Assembly (NCBI GenBank): GCA_965644265.1
Contig: OZ286463.1
Span: forward strand, 78,492,001-78,556,000
Reading direction: 5' to 3'
DNA: 64,000 nucleotides
From: Glycera tridactyla
Taxonomy: Eukaryota
In this document: piece by piece, positions 25,666 to 35,510 of the stretch
How the letters are laid out: the number at the start of each line of letters is the position of its first letter
How positions within the stretch are numbered: the first letter of the stretch is position 1
Notes under the pieces: generated by a model
Told to the model about the DNA's origin: nothing
Databases searched by the model: none
The model's input: the letters and a program-made list of their open reading frames with translations, nothing else
Program-made: the position numbers and the translations under genes

Positions 25666-26571
25666 TTAATTTCCATACCATAGGTCAAGAATTGGACCTA
25701 TGATTGATAGGGCTAAGCCCTTATTTCCAAGTTCATTGAAATGCACATGGTCATGTGTGAACATACCTGACATAATATCACCGTGTGGGCATGGTTTTTT
25801 TCCCTTGTTTCTTCTGCCTCCCAACCTTCTGCGTGTGTATTTGAAGGTATTTGTTGGACTGGGAGTCTTGAAAGACTTTACAAACATGTGGTGTGTATGT
25901 ATGAAGTGCATTGCGATGTCAATTCTTTTGAAATGATTTCTGACGAAATTGTCCACCCATAGTGCCAAGACTCTACTCTCTTCGTCCCATTTTGGTCTCC
26001 AAGTAATAGGAATGTGACAGAATTCTGTATGTGGAAAGTATTTGTTCAGGAAAAGTATAGCCAAATGTATACGCATGCTTAGTTGTGCAAACCATTCATG
26101 CCTTAAAGAGGTGATCCTCTTCCTCTGTATTCTGGGATCTCTAGACCATGTTTTGATGCCTTTGACTTTGGTGTTAAACTTGTCAATGTCATTTGAGCCC
26201 AGAATTATCAGGATGTAGTTTGCAGCTATTTGTTCATCAATAATTTTTTGCATGGTATTCCCATACCGCCTGAATTTTTTTGCACCCTCAGGAGTATCCG
26301 CAAATATACCCTGAATTTCGTCAACAAATGTCAGCCATTTACCACCACCTATACCTTTATAGGACCAGTTTCTCAAGATGGTCTTTTGGTGGTTGTCTTC
26401 TGGTAGATTCTTCACATATGTCTGGAGACGGGCAACATGACTGCTTCCAAGTACTAACACATCCGGGACTCCGTATGTATCAATTTGATGTCGCCTTCTA
26501 TATACTGGGTCCTTCTCATAGGTCCACGATACCCGCGCTTCTGCAGCGATTCTTGCTAGACCTGAATTTGC
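25666..26571 (-). CDS. SGNH/GDSL-family esterase frame, 301 codons, no own AUG; probably a spliced exon
   Basis: Block I VLGSSH, block II GIGGG, block III LGSND, block V DHVH. I translated 37 more open codons upstream of the tracked GTG (ANSGLARIAAEARVSWTYEKDPVYRRRHQIDTYGVPD) up to the TAG at 26574-26572, which is also the AG of a splice acceptor. Confidence 0.85.
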   Translation of the reverse strand, partial: ANSGLARIAAEARVSWTYEKDPVYRRRHQIDTYGVPDVLVLGSSHVARLQTYVKNLPEDNHQKTILRNWSYKGIGGGKWLTFVDEIQGIFADTPEGAKKFRRYGNTMQKIIDEQIAANYILIILGSNDIDKFNTKVKGIKTWSRDPRIQRKRITSLRHEWFAQLSMRIHLAILFLNKYFPHTEFCHIPITWRPKWDEESRVLALWVDNFVRNHFKRIDIAMHFIHTHHMFVKSFKTPSPTNTFKYTRRRLGGRRNKGKKPCPHGDIMSGMFTHDHVHFNELGNKGLALSIIGPILDLWYGN

Positions 26572-26612
26572 CTATGGAAAATAAAGAAAATTTTGCGATC
26601 ACATTTAGTCAA
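26572..26612 (-). promoter_or_regulatory. 3' splice site at the start of the esterase frame
   Basis: TTGACTAAATGTGATCGCAAAATTTTCTTTATTTTCCATAG|GCA: branch-point-like TTGAC/CTAAA, polypyrimidine tract and YAG. Confidence 0.7.
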
Positions 26613-26993
26613 TTTTATGGTATTTTATTTTATTTATGTGAATAATATCCAATTCATTATTTTTTATCTATATTTGTAGGCACTTTCCTGTTATTTATAC
26701 GTATAATATTTCCCTTACATTAATTTATGTTTGTAGACACTTTCCCGCCATAAGTATCAGATTCCATTTAAGGTATATTACTAGAGAGGGAGAGAGGGAG
26801 ATTATTTGAGAGGGGGGGTAGAGATTGCATATTGGGGTTTTGGAGAAATTTGAGATGTTAATTCTTCTTTCTGAGAGATTTCACCACGGCCGGTTACCAT
26901 TAATTATTCTACCAGTTACTATGATACCATTTGGTTTTTACTGTTTATATTGCCGTGTCATTCCGACTTGCGGATACTATTCCGGTCGTCCGG

Positions 26994-27359
26994 TCAAAAG
27001 GTTACGGCGCCCATGGCGTATCTGAACTGGTGTTTAAAGTCGATTTGCGCCTCGTCTAGCAATCTATCATTCACTACATACATTCCAATTACACCTACCT
27101 CATTGCAGTAGCCTAGTTTAATGTCTAGGTTTCTTCTATGACTTATGTTTATGGCGTGCAGCGACATTTTCGACTCAAAGTAAGCGGAGAATTGTTGCCA
27201 TGCTCTCCCGGTTTCGATATGTTGATCATGCGCACACGGCGTGACCTCATTTGACACGGCCTGTTCGATATGCCGGTGTTCTACCACGACGGTTGAACTG
27301 ATAGTTTTCGCCGCGACCTGCTCCTGGTCTTTTTCCTGGTGTAGGCAAAGGTGGGTATT
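26994..27359 (-). CDS. Possible small overlapping frame (~120 codons) at the ORF1 3' end, no recognised domain
   Basis: The tracked 97-aa ORF extends upstream to an in-frame TAG near 27360. First ATG is at 27167. Contains a phase-0 GAG|GTAGGT donor at 27099|27098. Confidence 0.3.
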   Translation of the reverse strand, partial: NTHLCLHQEKDQEQVAAKTISSTVVVEHRHIEQAVSNEVTPCAHDQHIETGRAWQQFSAYFESKMSLHAINISHRRNLDIKLGYCNEVGVIGMYVVNDRLLDEAQIDFKHQFRYAMGAVTF

Positions 27360-29004
27360 CTATATTATCTCTAGGGTTATTTTGTCCGAATTGAAGTTTT
27401 GACTGTACTAATAATTTGGTTTCCTGTTGTTTTCTTTCTATCTCTTTTTCAATTTGTTTTAGGGTTGGATCCAACTTTTGTTTTTGTTTTTGCTCCGGGT
27501 CTTTTTGTTTATTTTTTGATTTGGTTTTCCTTTTTGGTAGCTCAAAATCCTGAAATTCTGTGGGCATTCTTGTGACATCAGTTATAATTGTATCATCTTG
27601 ATTGGCTTGCACAACTTCTGCTTTCTCAAGGTCGGTGCTCCCATCTCCCTCATTACTTAGACCTACCTCTATATCTTTACATTGTTCAAGATTATGTCCT
27701 CCCTTCAATATTGCATTAACTAGGGAATTGTGGTCCTTTATCAGAATCCTGTCACCTTCCTTTCCATGGGACACATAGACCCTCCCATCTTGTGTCCATA
27801 CATTGACTAGGAGCCCATGTCTCTTTGCTTCTCTTGCTTGCCTGAAAAGATTCCCCTCCCAAGGTGTCAAATGCTCCCTAACAAAATAATTGCTCCCTCT
27901 AAGTTTCCCCTTTTGTTTCAATATGTTCCTTCGCATGCCTGGGTTGCATAGTCTTATTTTAACAGCTCTTGGTTTGTCAGGATAACTTGGGCCATATCTG
28001 AAGGCTATGCAGATGTCATCTGATGTCAATCGTAAGTTTGTCTTAGTATTGAAAAAATCCACCACTTGCTCATGCAGGGTCTTTTCCTTTGACAAAGGAA
28101 GGCCATCCAATATAATGACCCCTAGTCGTTCTATCTTTTGGAGAGTATCTACATCAAGCTCTGATTGTCCAATCCTATCCTCGTGGTCATTTACTATTAT
28201 GATAATGTTCTCTACTTTCTCTTTCAATTGATCAAATTCCTCCCTGGTTATTGCACTCACCATCCTTTTGTCTCCGCCTCTTTTCTTCAGGTCTTCTAAT
28301 TCTTTTGCAGTTTCCTCCGCAAATTTCGTTATTCTTCCTTGAAGATTGTTTATAGTTGAATGTTGGTCTTGAACGATGTCTACAAGTTTCTGATGTTCTG
28401 TTAGGAGGTCTTGTCTACATCTTTCGGTGCTGTCCTCTATTGTGGATTCGACATATCGTTCCATGTCTATTCTACTTGATTTGTGGTATTGAACTAGTTT
28501 TTCTTTAATTCGAGTGTCTACATAATGTTCCATATATTGTTTCCACCCACTCTGTGGTTCTGTTGATGAAATAGACTTTGCACTGCTGGGCATATTAACT
28601 GTTTGACTTGTATCACTTATTGTTCTCTCCGTCACGCCTGGTTTCTCAACCACGCCGTGTTCCGCTTCACTGGCCGTGTCGTCTGATTCCGACGAGTTTT
28701 CGTCTATCCCGTCACGCTCCACGCACACTGAATCGTCACCAAATACTACCTGGCTATCATGGCTGCTCGAAGGTACCATCTCGTTCTCGAAACTTTCAGT
28801 TCCCATTTTTTGCTGAGTGGAAGTAACGAATGGTTCGCAAGGGCCAAAAGGCTCCAAGTTTTCATCATTTTGATTGATTTCCATTTTTAAAGGCGTATCA
28901 AAACTTCCTTTGGGCCTTTTCACCGTTTTACTTGCAGCCTCTTGATCAGGAGTTAGTTGATGGTATTTACGGCCCTTCTGTACATTCACCGGTGTGGCAG
29001 CCAT
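27247..29004 (-). CDS. ORF1p, 585 aa: acidic disordered N-terminus, coiled coil, RRM, L1-ORF1p/FP-like C-terminal domain, basic tail
   Basis: Heptad-rich segment (~aa 190-295). RRM-like GVIILDGLP ... AFRYG..KPRAVKIRL. CTD-like YFVREHLTP..LFRQAREAK..VWTQDGRVYV. These patterns are typical of LINE ORF1 proteins, and the frame lies upstream of ORF2 on the same strand. Confidence 0.9.
   Translation of the reverse strand: MAATPVNVQKGRKYHQLTPDQEAASKTVKRPKGSFDTPLKMEINQNDENLEPFGPCEPFVTSTQQKMGTESFENEMVPSSSHDSQVVFGDDSVCVERDGIDENSSESDDTASEAEHGVVEKPGVTERTISDTSQTVNMPSSAKSISSTEPQSGWKQYMEHYVDTRIKEKLVQYHKSSRIDMERYVESTIEDSTERCRQDLLTEHQKLVDIVQDQHSTINNLQGRITKFAEETAKELEDLKKRGGDKRMVSAITREEFDQLKEKVENIIIIVNDHEDRIGQSELDVDTLQKIERLGVIILDGLPLSKEKTLHEQVVDFFNTKTNLRLTSDDICIAFRYGPSYPDKPRAVKIRLCNPGMRRNILKQKGKLRGSNYFVREHLTPWEGNLFRQAREAKRHGLLVNVWTQDGRVYVSHGKEGDRILIKDHNSLVNAILKGGHNLEQCKDIEVGLSNEGDGSTDLEKAEVVQANQDDTIITDVTRMPTEFQDFELPKRKTKSKNKQKDPEQKQKQKLDPTLKQIEKEIERKQQETKLLVQSKLQFGQNNPRDNIEYPPLPTPGKRPGAGRGENYQFNRRGRTPAYRTGRVK
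27661..27669 (-). promoter_or_regulatory. Phase-0 5' splice site inside ORF1 after codon 446
   Basis: ATA GAG|GTAGGT (KDIE|VG); frame checked against the ORF1 start at 29004. Confidence 0.5.
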
Positions 29005-29218
29005 GTGCGATTTGGTCGTAATCCTATCAATGCCGTGTGGATTCGATAATAATGTCCAACACTCGCCTTTTAACTAGCGGCTCGTTATCCCATTCAATGT
29101 CTGCGTATTCTATATACACTCCTACGTTGTTTGCAAATCCATTTATCGCCGTATCATTGTCCAGGACGGGCACACGCTTCTACATCGTCGAGAGAAATTA
29201 GATCGGCGTTCGTCTCAC

Positions 29219-29230
29219 GTCGCCATCTTG
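29219..29230 (-). promoter_or_regulatory. YY1-like site at the presumed 5' end of the LINE (internal promoter)
   Basis: Minus strand reads CATTT-CAAGATGGCGAC, matching the YY1 core AAGATGGC found near the 5' end of L1 elements. About 220 nt upstream of the ORF1 ATG, in CpG-rich sequence. Confidence 0.55.
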
Positions 29231-32049
29231 AAATGATATGCGAAGTACCTGATATTCTCACCTACATTAGATAAATTCTGTTTGTTACATTCCTCATGTT
29301 TCTACTCACGCATGTAGTGTCGCTATATTATCACTACTGAAGCTGATATCCTTACTATCATACTCCATAGGAGGTACACGCTCATAATTTCGCCCATCAG
29401 TTATACAAACCCTGTCAATTGCTTCATCAATTGAAGGAAACGGAATGTTACGAAGTGGATTCTCCACAAGCTCTCTCCGATGATCGATAAAAATGACTTG
29501 TAATATTAGTTCGTAGTGGAGAATGATCATATGGTATTGAGGATCACACGAATTAGTGATACTCCAAGCCATATTCTAGGGCAAGACAACTGTGTGGCCA
29601 CCTTTGGATTCTATGACTGGTTTCATTTGTTGTTATCGACGGGGAGGCAAGGCATTTTAACACAATGGGTTAACTCTGCTAACCTGACTCTCCGTATCCG
29701 TACCTGTACTACATTGGCAAAGTACTCTGTATGAATCGGGGCTTTGGGCATGAGTGCCATTCTCAACCAGTTATATAGATATGCCCTCAGTTGAATGATT
29801 TGTAACACCGTATGTAGGTACAGCTACTCTTATTTGATAATGCTCTCGGTCCCCCAACACCTTGTGATCGGGGTTTAGAGATCCTGTGGGGGAGGACAGA
29901 AGATCCAGCTCTCATAGATCAGAAACGTAAGTACGTGATCACTCGTTCAGCTCCCACTCAGTTGAGAGTCTAAATCTGTGTATTCATACTGTTGAATTGT
30001 GTTCATCTGGATTTAATCAAAGCTATGCTGCAAATGTGTCCGTGAGGACTATGGGTATAGGAACCCATGTACAGGTGTGATTGGTAGTATGCGTGCTCAA
30101 AGTTACATCGCCGAGATATGTCAGGTATAAAGTTGGACCAAGGTCCTACTTTGTTGACCCTCTGACCCCAGACCTCTTGTGGGGTGGTTGAGACTACTTG
30201 ATGAGTCACGCCTGGCTTGCTTTATAAGTTGATACATAAGGACTGCTATTACCAAAGTGGCTCGTATGACTACTTCTTCCGACATACCTGTCATACTCTA
30301 TAGTTTATTCACAACTGTTATTCTACAGGCGCTACATTCGAGTTCTTAACCCTCGCAATATGCCAGTGTATACCTCACTTCGTATCAGACAATTTATGCT
30401 CTCCAGCAGCAAATACTCGACATCGTAAATTTAATAGTCCGCATTCTATCTGACATCCTGATTGTTGGCTGAGTCAATCATCATGAGAGTTTGTCAGATA
30501 TGATGTTGATTGGTCAGAGTGGTGGAGGGTCATCAAGTTGGACAGATGAATTTGTGCTTGCAACAATATCTTTTTGTGAATCATCAAATCTGGCACACTT
30601 CTCAACCATTCTTTCATTCTCCTTTCATTCTCAAGAAAAATCTGGAAACTATAATAACATTCAACGTATGGCATTTTATCTACAAATATGTCGCAATGTA
30701 CGTGCCACTAGGCATACTCATGATTGGCCATTTTGCCTTTCAAAACCTCTTTTCTAAACTGGTATGCCTAGTAGCTCTATAACCTGAAGTGTATCACTTC
30801 GATAGTTGACCAAAGGTTGTATCATAGAAGATATCAACTGTCCACCCACTTTCTCACTGAATAAATTTATACTGTGAAAATGGCTAACCAGTTGGCAACC
30901 TTGGCAACGACAAGGACATATTCATGTCCGACAGGTGGCAGTGCCACGACAGTTCATGACGAACGATATGTATCGTATATTGCTTGTATCGTAGGAACAT
31001 ATCAAGGTCGCGCTAACCTTGAGAAGGTGCTGGGGAGGAGGGGGGATCTTGTTGTCAGCCGTGAATGGGAAGAAGTACTCGCATTCACCGCTTATATACT
31101 GCGACCACGGCGCCCTCTACACATCAACCAAATTCTGAAAAACGAATCTTTTTCTCATTAGATCACATCGAGAAAAAATATCACAATTCATTATTAATAC
31201 TCCGAATTCATTCCTTTTCATATCTCAAATCGTTATGTTATGATGAATCAATTTCTAAAAACTGCTGCCATCTCGTGTGAAATTCTGTCGTAACTCCCCC
31301 CCCCCCCCCCTAAATAAATTCCCAATATTTTCTATCACAAAAACAATTTTATTCTCAAAAATCAACTTCCTTTCCCGCGTGAATGAGATTCATTGATTTT
31401 CCCACAATCCAGAATACCAATGCTTCGCTGTTCTCGTATTCGGGGATACTAGCCCNNNNNNNNNNNNNNNNNNNNNNNNNNNNNNNNNNNNNNNNNNNNN
31501 NNNNNNNNNNNNNNNNNNNNNNNNNNNNNNNNNNNNNNNNNNNNNNNNNNNNNNNNNNNNNNNNNNNNNNNNNNNNNNNNNNNNNNNNNNNNNNNNNNNN
31601 NNTTATCCCTCCCATGACGTATATGGCAGCTTTTTTTTTCTGATCAATTGATTTGGATCGAATCGAATTGAATTCAGGAGAATTCACTGTCTGATCGACC
31701 GCTTCCCAGTTCACATGGTTTCTGTTGGTGATTATAGTAATTGTCATTACAATTCGTAATTCCACTTGCGGCTCGTGAGACGTGAAAAAAATGTCATCCT
31801 CTTCAGGACAGTGGCCCATCATTGTTATATAATATATACCCGATATTACTCATCATAAAGTATCATCGCTATGGTAAATACCAGGAAGTGGTAAGAGGAA
31901 GTGTGTTCTCGAAAACCCCTCTTCCGGTTTTGGGATGTGTTTGTGCGTGGTCCAACATATAATTTAACTCCCACCCTGTAAGATGATTGAGCCATTATTT
32001 ACAAACTCGTGGAAGGAACTCTAATTCCTCTAGTATTTGTGTTGAATAT

Positions 32050-32109
32050 GATGGTATAGTAGTCGTAGTATTCGTAGTAGTAGTATTCGAAGTAGTATTC
32101 GTAATATTC

Positions 32110-32149
<40 letters not shown>

Positions 32150-32425
32150 CAGTGACAGCAGTAGTGGTAGTTTTGTAGTAGTAGCGATATCGGCAATGAT
32201 ACCAACAGCAGCAGCAGTCTTACCATCGAAGTGGTAGCACCAAAAGTAGAAACAATAGCAGAAGTGGTATCAACAGCAAGAGCAGCGGCGATGGTAGCAA
32301 TAACAATGGCGGTAGTGGTAGCAGCAGCGGCAGCAACAACAACAATGATAGAAACAACCGTAGCAGTGGTAGCGATAGTAGCGTTAGCAATAACAGCTGT
32401 AGTGGTAGTAGCAATAGCATCATCA
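32050..32425. repeat. (GTA/GCA)n low-complexity tract
   Basis: Direct reading. Confidence 0.9.
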
Positions 32426-33569
32426 GTGGCAGGGATACTCAAAGGCTTTGCAATGGTGTCCGAGGTACATTACCTGAAGCCATGGAGCGTGGTTTATATG
32501 AAAATAGGTCAGGCTGGTGAACATTCTCTAGATATGTTTCACAAACATCACTGTTCGCCATTGTTCGGCAAGGAGTTTTCATTCCTTGAGCAACGGAAAC
32601 TGGCTCAGTACATGGAAAAGACTTTAGGCGTGTTTCTTGGGCAGATTATATCTCTTATCAAGGAATTCAATACGATTCAAACAACTCTATATGAACTCGT
32701 ATATGTGCAACTGAATACAGTCCGCATTTAGCTCACAGGAGCTTTTTCGCAGCTGGCATTAGTGGATTAGTATCAATGGACAGGGGTTAGTTAGTAATGC
32801 ACATGGTCAACTACGAAGATATACATAATTCACATTAATATGTACAGGGTATAAAGGCATAGCATTCTATTTACAATCTACCTGCGGTAATAGTAATGCA
32901 ATCTGCAGCAGTACGAATTTTAAGAGTAATAAAGACGGTAGAACGCAAGCAGATGATGCATTCGATATGGATGATGATTGCTTCTCGGTTGGGCTTATTG
33001 CGAAAAGGTCGTTCGTCATCTGATATCGCGAAAAGAACTGGCGATGTTCTTCACATGAATTATTCAGTTATTAATATTTTTCAGTATTGATTACCGTCCT
33101 TGTTTTTTGACGCTTGGTTCTCCATCTGAATATTGGCTGAACAATGTTTACAGGAGGTAACATGTATATGTGAGTGAGAGAAATCGCAAGAGAACATCTC
33201 CCTCATCGGCCATAGTGTAGTCTGATTTAGATGATTCCTCTTTCTTCGATTCTGTGAAGGCAGCAGGGTTATGATCCTCAACTTGAAAGCAGTGGAAACT
33301 CTTGGACAAGAAAGAAATGGACGCCGATGAATGTCCAAGAAGTACAAGGATTGAGCTGAAATAGTCTGCGTACTTTTGGGGAATCATCGACCAGAAAATC
33401 GAATGAGCACGGGATATTCATTCATGCGATACGATATGAAGGGATGAGCTGTTCGGATAAACACATGTATGGATTGATTGTATTTGTGGGTGCCGTATTC
33501 CAACATGCCATGTCATGATCATTGATGCAAGTGTCATTATTCTATCATTATCACTACTAAAAGCATTGT

Positions 33570-34262
33570 TCAAATGTCATCATTATTGCATCATTCTTTT
33601 TCCATCGAACTCATTATGATCATCATCATTTTGATACATTCAACCGATGTCAGCGCTATATGGATCACTCTCAGCGTCAATACCATTGTTATGAATATTC
33701 ATATCACAATCTCTATTGTTGTCATCATTACCAATACCATTATCATTATTACTATCATCAACATTGTTATTACCNNNNNNNNNNNNNNNNNNNNNNNNNN
33801 NNNNNNNNNNNNNNNNNNNNNNNNNNNNNNNNNNNNNNNNNNNNNNNNNNNNNNNNNNNNNNNNNNNNNNNNNNNNNNNNNNNNNNNNNNNNNNNNNNNN
33901 NNNNNNNNNNNNNNNNNNNNNNNNNNNNNNNNNNNNNNNNNNNNNNNNNNNNNNNNNNNNNNNNNNNNNNNNNNNNNNNNNNNNNNNNNNNNNNNNNNNN
34001 NNNNNNNNNNNNNNNNNNNNNNNNNNNNNNNNNNNNNNNNNNNNNNNNNNNNNNNNNNNNNNNNNNNNNNNNNNNNNNNNNNNNNNNNNNNNNNNNNNNN
34101 NNNNNNNNNNNNNNNNNNNNNNNNNNNNNNNNNNNTTATTAGTATCATTATTATTATTATCATCATTATTATTATTATTATTATTGTTATTATTATTATG
34201 ATCATTATTATCATTATTAGTATCATTATTATTATTATCATTATTATTATTATTATTATTAC
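33570..34262. repeat. (ATT/ATC)n tract spanning an N-gap (33775-34135)
   Basis: Direct reading. Confidence 0.9.
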
Positions 34263-35224
34263 ACCGCCGTCTTCATGGTCATTGAAATCAGCATCATCTC
34301 AGACCCTGGTCCTCATGCAATATATCCTCCATTTCCGCGTATTTGCAGTCGACAGTGAGATAGTTGAAGAGGATAGGACTGTAAACAGTTGTGTAAACAG
34401 TCATTACACGTTCTACACTCGCACATTGATATTCTCACAGAATGTAAACAGATAGCAACTCCGCCTGATAGACTCAACAATGCTCTCCAATTATCTTCTG
34501 CTATGTATTTCTCTTCCCTGATCTACCGAGGACACCCATAGATACCAAATCTTCCGACAGTCCAAACCCTATATCACCCTAATCAATATCGATCAAAGAC
34601 TCCAATCAAATGAGGATAGTGGAGATGGTGGCGATGTACTATGCTTGTATCGGGTTTTATATGTTGATGGCGTGACTACAGAAACTTCTCGTTGCTGTGT
34701 GAAATATGATGATAAAAGTGTTCAATATCCTTGTTACATCAGTAGCTAATACAGAGCAACAACGACCAGGGACCCTTCCAGCGAAATAAGTATCTATCCG
34801 GTATACAGACCCCTCTAATGTATGATTTTGTTTCACCATTGAACCATGCACTCGATTCCCGAATTTTCCTTGCCAGATACAATGGCTGGTTTTGTGGTGT
34901 TTACATGCGACTCCTATCTGTGTGCTGTGCTGATGGTAATGTCTGAGCTTTCTAAATGGCGTGGTTGACGTGATCTCATCTAGGTACTAGGTCAATATTG
35001 GCTCAGATTGCTACCCGACATCTGTTTCTCTTTAACTACTTACCCTCAGAGACAACCTTCGAACTAACATTCAAAATAGTTCGAAGTGGGACCGGCTCTG
35101 GTAACACTGTATTCCAGGGTTCCCCCAAGATGATGCAATACATGAGAAAATATGTCTCATTGTGTTGGTCTGGCCAGAGATAAGGACAGTGATAGAAACT
35201 ACCGAGAATAATGCCGAGTCTTGA

Positions 35225-35510
35225 TAGTGGTGGTTGCGGTGATAATTGTGGTGGTGATTGGTAGTGGGTTCGGAGTTCGCAGTGGTGGTGACTTCGTTGG
35301 TGGTGGTAATGACAAAGATGGTGGTGGTAATGACAAAGATGGTGATAGTGATGAAGATAGTTGTGGTGCTGGTGGTGGTGATCATGATGATAATGGTGAT
35401 AGAGATGGTGGTGATGATGATGATGATGATGCCGACAGTGAAGATGCTGATGGTTATGGTGGTACTGAGTATGGTGCTGGTGCTGGTGATGCGTCTTGTG
35501 GTGCTGGTGT
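35225..35510. repeat. (GGT/GAT)n low-complexity tract
   Basis: Direct reading. Confidence 0.9.

Larger units (their letters stand above)
20671..29235 (-). mobile_element. Full-length-looking non-LTR retrotransposon (L2/Crack/CR1 group) with three large reading frames
   Basis: Same-strand series: 5' YY1-like motif (29219-29230), ORF1 (29004-27247), SGNH frame (26571-25666), APE-RT ORF (23782-20864), then a short 3'UTR with hairpin (20707-20722) and (AAAAT)3 tail (20671-20688). Ends are estimates; no convincing target-site duplication. Confidence 0.88.

Noticed and set aside
29228-29236. TGAAAT shared by both LINE flanks as a target-site duplication
   Set aside because: Only 6 bp in AT-rich DNA and it overlaps the YY1 motif.
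29300-30500. Possible DIRS/tyrosine-recombinase remnant upstream of the LINE (VRLAELT, IHWHIARVKNS)
   Set aside because: Many stops in all frames and no HxxR or catalytic Tyr motif found; the resemblance is too loose.
31355-31822. 155-aa ORF
   Set aside because: Spans an N-gap and has no recognisable motif.
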